A DNA stretch of 64,000 bases from Octopus sinensis (Eukaryota): NCBI RefSeq assembly GCF_006345805.1, contig NC_043016.1, positions 2,232,001 to 2,296,000 on the forward strand, read 5' to 3'. Of this stretch, positions 36,155-48,344 are shown in pieces (position 1 is the stretch's first letter; every line of letters starts with the position of its first letter). The notes under the pieces are model-generated. The model was given only the letters and a program-made list of their open reading frames with translations. It searched no databases and was not told the origin of the DNA. Both the position numbers and the translations under genes were made by a program.

Positions 36155-36560
36155 AATTAGATAGACTCCAGTGCTCAACTGGTACTTATTTATCGAACCT
36201 GCGAAAGAATGAAAGGCAAAGTCAACCTCGGTCGAGTTTGTACTCAAAATATAAAGACGGACGAAATACAACGTGGCTTTCCGTCCGGCATGCTAACGAT
36301 TCTTATTTCTTTATTGCCCACAAGGAGCTAAATATAGAGAGGACAAACATGGACAAAGGGATTAAGTCGATTACATCGAGCCCAGTGCGTAACTGGTACT
36401 TAATTTATCGACCCCGAAAGGATGAAAGGCAAATTCAACCTCGGCGGAATTTGAACTCAGAACGTAACGGCAGACGAAATACCGCTAATTATTTCTACCG
36501 GCGTGCTAACGTTTCTGTCAGCTCGCCGGCATGCTAACGATTCTGTTAGCTCGTTGCCTT
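36155..36560 (-). mobile_element. SINE-B (36304-36525) nested in the head of an older SINE-B
   Basis: Exact direct repeat ccggcatgctaacgattct at 36285-36303 and 36526-36544. The outer copy continues on both sides. Confidence 0.85.
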
Positions 36561-36991
36561 TGAGATACATTCGACGTGGTAGTGCCAGGGGATCAATATA
36601 TTATAATGAAAGAAAGAGAAAAGGTTGATAAATATAGAAATTTGAGAATTGAGATCGCTAAGATGTGGCAGCTGCAGGATTTGAACATAAAGTTTGTCTC
36701 TGCTGCCATTGGGTTCAATACCAACAACCTGAAAAAAAAAAAACATCTGTAAACTTTAGAAATATCCTACAATCTAGGTGTAATGCAAAAGTCGGCATTA
36801 CTTGGAACAGCATGCATATTGCGTAAAGTAGTGTCTGTCTGAGGTCCTTGTTGTGACTTGGCAAACAGTACAAAATCCGGGTACACACAATATCTTCAAT
36901 CAACATCACGATATTGGATAATCATGATGATGATGATGATGATAATAATAATGATGATGAGGATAATAAATAACAACAACAACAACAACAA

Positions 36992-37025
<34 letters not shown>

Positions 37026-38004
37026 AATAATAATTCAACTTATATTTTATCAATAGGTACAGACGCTCTCATATACATATATGTGTGTATGTATGTGTGT
37101 GTATGTGGGGGGGGGTTCTACGTCTGCTTCAAAGACGAGCATCCGCTTGTATGATCGAATGAGTCTATACTTGTGAAATTAACATGTTAAGTGACCGAAT
37201 CAGAGTGGTAAAATGTCACAGAGATGGAGCTTGAATTACAGATATAATCCACCCCACACACACACACGAACACACACTCACGAACATACATACAGACACA
37301 CGAACATACACACACACACACGAGCATACGTACATACTCACACACACACGAACACACGCACGAACACACACGCATGTGCAGAGAGAAAGCGAGTAAGAAA
37401 GAAAGACTGAGAGAAAGAGAGAAATATAAAAAAGAGAGAGAAGGAGGGAGGGAGAGAGAGAAAGATAGATAGAGATAGATAGATAGAGAGAGTGAGAGAG
37501 ACATAAAATACGTTCTCGTTACTTGACCGACACTCTATCTATCAACCATGAAAGGATAAAAAGCAAAGGCGACCTCGGACGGATTTGAACTTACAGTGCA
37601 GAGAACCGAGGCAAATACTACAATGCATTTAATCCAACGCTCTAGCGATTGCGCTAATTCCATGCCCTACACTAACGCACTCGCACGCGCACTCACATAC
37701 ACGCACGCATAGACACACATACATTCCCAGACACATACACAGTCACGCGCGCACATATATTTGTCTCCATATATATGTAGTACGTGTGTTCGCATATATA
37801 TCGTAATAAGGCGATACAAGGATGTTTCTCTCTGCGAGTGCGCGTTTGTGATGCGCGTGCGCGTATGTGTATGTGTGCGTGTGCGTGCGTGCGTGCGTGC
37901 GTGCGTGTGCAAGAATATATATATAGCTCTTAAATGGAGAGAGATTGCAGTTTCAGTTTATTTCAGAATATTGACACTTAGGTTTTGTGATGGGAATGGC
38001 AAGT

Positions 38005-38045
<41 letters not shown>

Positions 38046-38817
38046 AGAGAGAGAGAATGAGAGAAAGAGAGAGAGGAAGAAAGAGAAACACAGAAGAGAG
38101 GTGTGCAGAGAAATAGGAAGAGAGAAAGAGAGGGAAAAGATGAAGGGAAGAGTGTTTAAATGGCTGACTAGTGGATGGGTTGAAAGTAATAACATCGATT
38201 TTGATCTCTCAAACTGGGAGATCTATCTTTATGGTGATGAAAGCATTAATTAACTATTTCTTTTTAGGTACCTGCTGATAATTCCAAACGAAACAAGTTG
38301 GGCAGTCAGGTGAAAAAAAAATCAAGTATAAAAAAACAACTGACCCCAGTAATCGTACACATACATACATACATACATACATACATACATACATACATAC
38401 ATACATACATACATACATACATACATGCATACATACATACATGCATACATGCATACATACATACATGCATACATATATAAATGAATATATATATATATAT
38501 ATAGACGCACGCAAACATATAAAGATATTCACATTTATAAATAATTATACAGACTTTATGTGTATGTGTGTATGAGTGTATGCACGTAAATGACTTGTGT
38601 GTGAGTGTGTGTGTATGTGTGTGTATGTGTGTGTGTATGTGTGTGTGCGTGTGTGTCTGTAGGTATATTTATATAAGAATAAGACAAAGGCTTTGCACAA
38701 CTCTTCCATGTTAGTGCAGGAGTTAATTACCAGGAATATTTTTCTTTGGTTAATAATATATATGTACATGTATGTATGTATGTATATATTTATGTATGCA
38801 TATACGTATGAATGTAT

Positions 38818-38866
<49 letters not shown>

Positions 38867-38912
38867 CAATATATATATAATTACACGTGGTAATTTACAC
38901 ACAGAGGAGTAT

Positions 38913-38951
<39 letters not shown>

Positions 38952-38957
38952 TACATA

Positions 38958-38988
<31 letters not shown>

Positions 38989-40340
38989 GTATATTAATAC
39001 ACATGTATATATGTATATATATGTATATATATAATGTGTGTGTGTATATATATATAATTACCCACGTGTGTATCTATGCATTCTCTTTTCCTCTCTCCCT
39101 CTCCCCCTTTCTCTCCCTTCATAGTTAGTATTTTTTTTATTAAGTCTTTTGATAACAGTTCATTCATTCGCTGTTTCTCGACATTTGCTGACTGTATTGT
39201 CGTTTTGTTGTTTTGTCTTTTTCCTTCTCTTTTCCCCACCTCTCTTTATACATTTATTTTAATATTATAACAAAAGATAGAGTATAGACTAATGTCGACT
39301 TGATTTCCAAATATATATTTGTCATCGATATGTTGTTAATGGATAAAAAAAATAGATAAAAAATAAAATAGAAAAATCGAAGTTGAAGTACATTGAAACA
39401 ACATATATTGTCGAAGAGGAACAAAATCATCTGTTAGTGGCCATTTAGGTATAAAGTGTTACCGTTTCTTTATGAAATGATTTAAATTAAGCCTAAGTTG
39501 TAAGTATACATGTAACTGAGGAATGAAAACCTATACAACTTAATGTATGACTGCCATTTATAATAGGATTCTTTAGGATTTGTCTGTGAAAGTCGAACAC
39601 AAGAAAGGTTTTAAGAACACAAAAACCTTAACCACAATCAATACTAAATCAATGACAAAATCAATAGGAGAATCAAACTGAACAAAATGAGAGTTCATTT
39701 GCAGAAATCTCTGTCAATGTTTATTGTTGGTTCTTCTTTGAAATAGTTCGACAAGGTACTGCCTTTAATGGAATAAAGTGGAGGAAAATTTAACTTGATA
39801 GGAGGGTAAACACCTATTGAATCAATAGAATGAATAAATTCATGTGATAATCTACAATTCCTATGGTTAACAACGAAGAAGAACAAGAAGAAGAAGAACA
39901 AGAAAAAGAAGAACAAAGAAGAGGAGAAATCATCGTAACTGGATAGATTTTTAGGAATCTTCACAAAGAAAAGATGCATGTCCGTATCCGGAAGAACATT
40001 AGTCAAGATCTTATGCGTAAAATCTTTTTTTTTTTTTACTTATTTTTTATTATTATTTATTATAGTTAGTGTTTTGTAAGTTACAGATAATCGTTATGAG
40101 TCACTTAGTTCATTGATATGGTCAAAAGTGTAGATTTCAATATCATCACCTATTAAATAGGAATGTTGTACACGTCCACACTTGAAATGAATCAACTAAA
40201 TGTAAGTTCTATGTTGTATGTATATATGTTTTTATATAGTATATGTATACACACACATACGCACACATATTATAAACATACATACACACACACACATATA
40301 TATATATATATATGCTTATATATATATATATATATAATAT

Positions 40341-40383
<43 letters not shown>

Positions 40384-40388
40384 ATATG

Positions 40389-40429
40389 TAGGCGCAGGAG
40401 TGGCTGTATGGTAAGTAGCTTTGCTAACC
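40389..40429 (+). mobile_element. 5' part of a SINE-A head split by the Tx1 insertion
   Basis: taggcgcaggagtggctgtatggtaagtagctttgctaacc matches the first ~40 nt of the intact copy at 55006. Confidence 0.9.
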
Positions 40430-40816
40430 TCACTGACAGAAGAGTGACTTTGCCTACCGTACTACGGTGTGGACGCGTTTTCTTCCCCGTAAGAGTTTTG
40501 CTGTGTTGTTAATTGTTGAATTCTTACTACTGAAAATTTGCCTTTAAACGTTGCTGAACTGTCTTGTTCTCCGGTTTTACCGGGAAATATTGAATAATTT
40601 CTTACCGTTGAACTGTTAGCCACTGTGGCTTTTTATTTACGTGACTATATATAGTCCTGCCAGACTACTTTTCGTGCCCCTCCCCCGAATGGGGGTGGGA
40701 ATTGGAATTTTGAACTGCTTTTTTGAACTACTTTGGAAGAAAAACTTTCTATAGGTTTCCAGTTTTGTGGGAAACCAATACTCGTAATTTTTGTGTTGTC
40801 TAATTTCAACAGAATA

Positions 40817-42208
40817 ATGTCTGTTGAAATTATTCACGAAAGTAGTGCTCTTGAGGAGAGCAATGTTAAAAAATTTTCTGAGGTAGCCGCAGTGGCTACC
40901 GAGAACATTGACATCGATGTCAACCAGCTCGTCGAGCTATTTAAAAGAATGCAAGAGGAGGGTGGTGATGTTAAAATATCACCCTCCGCCAGTATCGTGG
41001 AGACCGAGAAGCGGACCGTAGTGTTTAAAACTTTCTGTCCACAAAGCAGAAGGTTCAAACACTTTGAAAAAAGCACCATCGAGAAATGCCTGTCCCCGAT
41101 TTGGAAGGACATCGTGTACGTCGCCAGGGGACGGGCATATGGCACTGTGGATGTCCGCTTCTCAGGGGAAGAAATGGCCCGCGGTCATTCTGGGAACCCC
41201 CTAAAAACCAAGGAGGTGGTACTTTTCCCAAGCTATAGGGGACGCAGGACGTCCCGGGTCAGGATTGTAGAAGCCCCGCCGGAAGTAGATCCGGTAGAGG
41301 TAGTGGCCGCCCTGCTATATAAACGGGCGGACAAAATAAAAATACTAGAAGTAACATGCTCTACCCCTCGATTTTGGCTCGGGCGTAACATTAATATATT
41401 AATTCAAGGAACAGCGGAGGACCTGCAGCTCCTTCCTGAGAGGGTGCTCGTGGGCGAGAACGTAGCCCTCAGGGTACAGGTCGAAGGCCGAAAACCCACC
41501 TGTTACGCCTGCGGCAAAAAGGGCCACATTCGTGTAGACTGTCCAGACAAGCAAAGAAACCGCAGACACCAGGCCCCTCAGATAATAAAAAAGTCCCTAC
41601 CCTTGCAAACACACCTACCCCTACAAAAACAAAAAATCCCACTCCTGCTGTTACGGTGCCAACCCCAAAACAGACTGAAGAAAAAACCCAGCCCTCGCAC
41701 TCACAAACCCCTACACTATTAAAACCTCCCACCCCCCTAAAAACTGCGGCGCCTACCGAACAAACTATTGCTACCCCAGACGATACCATGAGGTCAGAGG
41801 GGGATTTACACCAGTTCGTAAAATAATTCGTGCAGCATCCCCGTCCACATCCCCTACAAAAAATAATAAAAACAAAGACACACCACAGACACGAAAAAAA
41901 AAATCCCGCTCAACTGGCCCAAAAAGAAGACAAAAAGAAAATGAACTCATATTAATTGAATTCGACACAAGACAAATACATAAACGATATTGTGGTTCAG
42001 CATCAGTCAGCAAGACTGTACAACAAATACAAAGATCGAATAGACACGCGTGGATTGCGGAAACAACGTTCAAACAATTAAAAGACAGACACCCAAACGC
42101 CATCCGGCATATCGCGAACTTGCCGGACTATCTGAAGAAAGGAGAAAGAAGGGGCCCACAAACGTGTGGTGAGGTCGGCCCCACCCCTCCAACGAAATGT
42201 AAGTAGAA
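40817..42208 (+). CDS. ORF1 (gag-like nucleic-acid-binding protein), frameshifted in its low-complexity C-terminal third
   Basis: ATG at 40817 inside ORF 40733..41722; CYACGKKGHIRVDC (CX2CX4HX4C). The end position is inferred from a TAG shortly before the ORF2 ATG. Confidence 0.75.
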
Positions 42209-42223
42209 CTTTTACTTTTTGTA

Positions 42224-45200
42224 ATGGCTTCGCTTAACCTTGGTTGTTTAAATGTGCGTGGTCTGAGTTCGAAGTGGAAGCAGGCTTGTTTCCTCGACGA
42301 CCTCAGATCACATGATATACATGTGATGGTTGCTACAGAGACCAAGCTGGACAGCCTACAAACCTTCTCGCCTCTCCTGAATGGCTACGAGAAAATCATG
42401 TCTCCTGGCCAGACCGGAGGGCGAGGGGGCGTAGTGGTACTGATCCGTAAAGACTTGGCTCTACAGACAAGTACAGTCTATGTAGACCCAGAAGGTGGGC
42501 TGGTCGTCCTTGATGTGACATACAGCAGTAAGGCCTTCAGGTTGATCGGACTCTATGCACCTTGTGCTAGAGGTTTCCAAACTGATTTTTATCGGCGCCT
42601 AGAGGGCTTTCTCGTGACGTCAAAGACTTTAGTGATATTAGGGGACTTTAATGCTATCGTTGACGTACACATCGATAGCGTTGGCTCGATCTATAGGAAA
42701 GTGAACTCACGTCTCGTGGATCTGCTTAAGCGGTTTCAGCTAGCAGATCGTTACAGACTTGACCATCCGAACGTCCCAGAGTGGACCTGGATGAGTGGCG
42801 ACGGAAGGTTCAAGTCTTATCTAGACAGGATAATGATAAGAAATAGAGATAAGTCGTTTTAGTTGTCCACAGCTCGTCCAGGTGCCCTATACTGACCATA
42901 GAATGGTCACGTGTAGACTGGACATAGATAGCACACTTAAGATAGGAACCGGCTACTGGAAGCTGAACAAGTCTATTTTGACACGCGAGGCATACCGTAG
43001 CCGGATTAAGGTGTTAGTGCAGAGGGCGTTAACCGGAGCCGTGGTTAATAACCGGTGGTGGTTCACCCTCAAAAGAGCCATTCGATTCGAGTCCATTAGA
43101 TTTAGTAAACAACTAAGACTAGATAGGGCTAGAATAGAAGGGCAACTAGTTAAGAACTTAGAGGAGGCGTTGAGGTTGGGCTCTGCATCTCACATTTTAG
43201 CGGCGAGAACGGCATTAGACCGTCACCTCAAAACCAAACATGAGGGATGTAGAGTCCGGGCTAAAGTACGAGCATTGGGCCGTGAGGGAATTAATGTTGC
43301 CGGATGGGCCCGTACGATAGAAACACAGCGTGGAAACGATGCCACAATTGGGTCTCTTGTTGATGAAAACGGATGCACGATCAAGAAGCGGGACGAGATG
43401 TGTGAGGCACTTCACAAGCACTTCGCCGAGTTGTTCGGGAGGTGCGGGACGCTGGATCAAGTGAGGCCCTTAGGGACTTCCTGTCTGGTGGCCCGCGCCT
43501 CTCGACACGAGAGGCTGAGTGCTGTGAAGGGCCAATCACAGCCGAGGAAGTATCGAGGTGTTGGGCAGTGCCCCGGGGAGAAGTCGCCGGGTCTCGATGG
43601 TCTGCCCTATGAATTTTATAGAAGTATGCCAGACTTGTTCGGGCACCTGCTGGCTAGCGTCTACGCCAACTGGCAGCAGAATGGGAGAATTTCCAAGTCT
43701 GCGAGCCGGGGGCGGCGTGACGTTGATCAGGAAGGACCCGAACAAGGGGGACGAGATAGGGAACTTCAGGCCCATAACTCTGTTAAACACAGAGTTAAAG
43801 ATTCTGGCCAAGGTGCTAGCAAAAAGGTTGGCGCGGGTCGTGGACAAACTTGTCGGGGAAGCGCAAACGTGCGCTATCCCCGGCAGAACGATCCACGACA
43901 ATCTCCACCTTATACACTACTCCTTAGAGAGGGTGAGGAAGCTTTCTGGCGCAGGGGGAGCACTGGTACATTTAGACCAGTCCAAAGCATATGATAGGGT
44001 CGACCATCGGTACCTGGCGGCGGTCCTCGGAGAGGTTGGCCTAGGCCCGACCTTTCGAGGTTGGATCGCTGCTTTGTATAGCGACATCGAGTCTGTAGTC
44101 AAGGTGAACGGTTCCTTTTCGAAGCCGTTCAGGATCGAGCGTTCAGTTCGTCAAGGGTGTCCCCTGTCCTCGCTCCTATACGTATTGGCTCTTGAGCCTT
44201 TGCTGCGGAAGTTGGAGGCACTAGGGGGCGCGCCGCATGATCTATGGTGTGGAAGAGGAGCTACGGCTTATGCGGATGACACCTCCATCATCGTGGCAGA
44301 CGAAGGCCAGCTTCCAGTGGTGGAAGAGGCCATCAAAAGCTACGAGGCGGTGGCAGGAGCAAAGGTTAACAAGGACAAGTCGGTCGGTTGCAACTCGGCA
44401 CCTGGAGGGGCAAGCCGATGCCGTCCAATAACGTCGTAGGGCGTTGGACGGAAGGTCCTGTTAAGCTGCTCGGAGTCTGGTTCGGGCCAGACCTCCAGAT
44501 TGAGAAAAATTGGAGTGAGGTGGCCAACAAGGTGACCGCTCTAACCCAGACCTGGTCTGGGCGGGCGTTATCCCTGCTAGGGAAGGCGGAGGTGGTGCAG
44601 ATGTTTATAGCATCAGTAATCACCTACCGTCTGACCGTGGTGCCTTGCCCCGATTTGTGGCTGAACAAGTTGGAGAGAATCCTTTTCCGATTTTTGTGGA
44701 AAGGAGGAAGCCACTTGTAAAGCGCTCTGTCTGCTGCCAGAAACCGCTAAAGGGTGGGCTAGGGATGCCTTGGCTGAGGATGCGAAAACTCGCGTTAAGG
44801 TTGAGGCACCTCTGGCTTTACCTGGATGGAGAGCAGGTGTGCTCGCCGCACGTCCGTTCTACCTTCCCCAGTTAACATCCCTAACGGACATCGGTGCATG
44901 GATCAAGCGGAGACCTAAACTGAGCGAACGGCATTTGGAGTGCCGTCAGGCGCTCCAGCTACTATCTCGGGTGGGCAACGCCGGCAACAGGAGTTCCACC
45001 ACGGATTTCTATAGCGGGTTAGTGGAGATTAAGTCGAAGACGCCTTGGGGGAGACCCTGGGCTACGATGAAAATCAGTTGGTCAACCTGTTCCGGAGGAC
45101 GTTCGGGCCGGGGTATCTGTATAATTACCAGAAATCCCTAGCCTGGCAGTGTTTCCGTGCGGCTTTACCTGTTCGCGACAAGCTGTCAAGGCACGGTAGT

Positions 45201-45617
45201 GCCGTCTCGCCGACATGCCCGCGATGTGAGCAGGATAGGGAGACCGTCTTGCACGCATTCGTGGAGTGTCCGGAGTTATCGGGACTGATAGCTTTTGTTG
45301 AACAACTGTTGTCAGTGATGGGAAGAGTACAGCTATCAGCTGAGTCTATCATCGAGATTGTGCCGCCCCCTTTCCTTAACAGGGAAAGAAAGGCTTGTTT
45401 TTTCTGTGTAGTAGCCATACTGAAAGAAACAGTATGGAAGACGCGTACGAAAGGTATAGTGACAGGCACCTTTGTCTCCGGCCAGGGGTTGATTAACCTT
45501 TTTAGTTACCACCTCTGTAGCAAAATCAGGCTGGAGAAGAGGTGTCTGTCACGAGATATGTTTGTGAAAAGATGGAAGCCTGTGGCATACAAGATCGGTA
45601 TGTTTGGCACCAGGTAA
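42224..45617 (+). CDS. ORF2: AP endonuclease, reverse transcriptase and C-terminal CCHC, split by frameshifts
   Basis: LNVRGL, ETKL, GDFN, SYLDRI, TDH (APE); GYWKLN; KSPGLDG, FRPITLLN, DQSKAYDRVDH, RQGCPLS, YADD (RT); CPRC..ETVLHAFVEC. Confidence 0.9.
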
Positions 45618-45845
45618 GTGTGACCGGATCAGAAAGTAAAGGTTCTACCCGGATGGCTGGGTGTCCGTCCTTCGACATGATCATTAATATTTTTAAACAT
45701 TGCCTTCGTAAAATTCATTGTTTATAATCTTATCCGTAATTTCATTCGAAAATTGTAACTGTGTTAAGCTACTTCACCCTTTATTATTTGTCTGTCCTTG
45801 TTTGTCCCCTCTTTGTAAATGCCTAAATGGCAATTATATGAAATA

Positions 45846-46235
45846 AAGTAGCTTGCTAACCAACCACATGGTTCCGGGTTCAGCCCCACTGCGTGGCATC
45901 TTGGGCAAGTGTCTTCAGCTATAGCCCCGGGCCGACCAATGCCTTGTGAGTGGATTTGGTAGACGGAAACTGAAAGAAGCCTGTCGTATATATGTATATA
46001 TATATATAAGCGTGTGTGTATATGTTTGTGTGTCTGTGTTTGTCGCCCTAGCATTGCTTGACAACCAATGCTGGTGTGTTTACGTCCCCGTCACTTAGCG
46101 GTTCGGCAAAAGAGACCGATAGAATAAGTACTGGGCTTACAAAGAATAAGTCCCGGGTTCGATTTGCTTGACTAAAGGCAGTGCTCCAGCATGGCCGCAG
46201 TCAAATGACTGAAACAAGAGTAAAAGAGTAAAAGA

Positions 46236-46238
<3 letters not shown>
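45846..46238 (+). mobile_element. Remainder of the split SINE-A
   Basis: Continues aagtagcttgctaaccaaccacatggttccgggttcag.. to the (AAAAGAGT)n tail. Confidence 0.9.
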
Positions 46239-46311
<73 letters not shown>

Positions 46312-46354
46312 GGAATGTATGGAAACACATACATGCATACATGCAATAACTATA

Positions 46355-47765
46355 CAGAGAGGCCAAAAGCTAAAGCCAGTGTCTATTAGTAAAGTCATGG
46401 AGCGAATCATCAGAAAGAAGCTGATAATGTTCCTAAAAGAAAATGACCAAATGAACAATACAGAACATGGCTTGCGTCCAGGAAGAGGCTTCCTCGTACA
46501 ACTCCTGCAGTACTTTGACTGGGTTTTGAAACATTCATACGTCAGCGTGATATACCTTGACTTTCCAAAGGAATTTGTTGAGGTAGATCACGGCATGATA
46601 TCTCATAAGCTACGAAACCTTGGCATTGCTGGTAAAGTAGGAGAGTGGCTGCATGAATTCCTTAAAGGCAGAAGTCAGGTAGTTGCAGCCAATGGTGCCC
46701 TTTCTGAGGAAACTCAAATCATAAGTGGCGTTTCCCAAGGAACTATTCTGAGGCCATTACTGTTCATAATAACCCTTTTAGACATGCCCACGTTCACTTG
46801 GACAGCCACTGTCACTAGCCATGCCGATGATACAAAATTATCACAGGCAACAAAAAATCATGACATCGCAAGCTTACAGCGGAACCTGAATTCGATATAC
46901 AAGTGGGCCGAAATAAACAACATGCAGTTTAATGCTGGAAAATTTCAAATACTGTACTATCAAGTCATGAATGCACTACAGCCGACATATAAGGGACCCG
47001 AAGGTACTACAATCCTAGAGTTACAGGCAGAGAAAGACTTGCGGATCAGTATGTGCAATGACGCATCATTTCATATGCATATTATCAAAATGGCAGCCAA
47101 GTGCAAACAACTGGCAGAATGGATGCTGAGTTCCTCCAAGACAAGAAACCAAGAAACTATGTTGACCCTGCTGCTCCCAGTTATTGTCACCACACAGTAC
47201 CAAAGTAATAGTGGAGCTTGAAGCAGTCTAACGCTACTATGCTATAGAGTTTGAAAGTGCAGCGGATGAGCTACAAGGATAGGCTGAGAGAACTGCATCT
47301 TTAGTCCCTGGAGCGAAGACACGAGAGGTGTGCAATAATCTACATATGAAAAACTCTAGGACAGGTACCTAATTTCGGGCATTGAGTGTTATACAAATAT
47401 TAGAACTGGCCGCCATTGTATTGTACCAAACGCACCAACCACTCCATCAAAATTCAGATGCATACTACAATAGACTAGGGTTTAGAGGCCCACAGCTCTT
47501 CAATGCCTTGCCACAAAAATTCAGGTGGAAGTAGATGATTTCAAAAAGGAACTAGACATCCTCTTCTCCACAATACCAGATGAACCAACAGCCTAACATG
47601 AGATGCAGATGAGGGCAAGGGGAACAACCTCCCTTATACACTAAATGGGCCAAAAGCTATAACAAAGGCATATACAAGAGTGGTAATGCTAAATACTCGC
47701 GACTGAGGAAATTAGAAAGACCACAGTGGTGTTCCAGAATGACCGCAGCCTCATGGCTGAAACGG
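46355..47765 (+). mobile_element. Old 5'-truncated CR1-group LINE
   Basis: ORF 46319..47221 has degenerate SKVMERII, IYLDFPKEF, GVSQGTILRPLLF and HADDTKL motifs; 3' UTR to ~47765. Confidence 0.8.
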
Positions 47766-47784
47766 GTAATATGTATATACTCTT

Positions 47785-48060
47785 CTACTCTCTTTTATTC
47801 TTTTATTTGCTTCAGGCATTTGACTGCGGCCATGCTGGAGCACCGCCTTTAGTCGAACAAATCGACCCCAGGACTCATTCTATGCAAGCCTAGTACTTAT
47901 TGTATAGGTGTCTTTTAGCGAAGCGCTAAGTTACGGGAACGTGAACATACCAGCATTGGTTGTCAAGCAATGGTGGAGTAGACAAACACAGATACACAAA
48001 CATCTGCACGCACACGCACGCACACACACACAAACACACACACACACACGCACACACACA

Positions 48061-48092
<32 letters not shown>

Positions 48093-48222
48093 CGACGAGC
48101 TTCTTTCAGTTTCCGTCTACCAAATCGACTCACTAGGGTTTGGTCGACCCGACAATATAGTAGAAGACAGTTGCCCAAGGTGCCACGCAATGGGCCTGAT
48201 ACTGAAACCATGTGGTTCTTCG
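47785..48222 (-). mobile_element. SINE-A, diverged, head mostly missing
   Basis: catttgactgcggccatgctggagcaccgcc.. body homology. Confidence 0.8.
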
Positions 48223-48224
48223 CC

Positions 48225-48319
<95 letters not shown>

Positions 48320-48344
48320 ATATATTTATATATTTATATATATA

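Larger units (their letters stand above)
40430..45845 (+). mobile_element. Near full-length Tx1/L1-clade non-LTR retrotransposon
   Basis: 5' UTR, ORF1 with Zn knuckle, ORF2 (APE-RT-CCHC), 3' UTR ending GAAATA. TSD aagtagct(t)tgctaacc at 40413-40429 / 45846-45861. Confidence 0.92.

Noticed and set aside
39695-40006. 103-aa minus-strand ORF upstream of the split SINE
   Set aside because: TTG start, a low-complexity (TTC)n core, no convincing splice signals and no recognisable motif.
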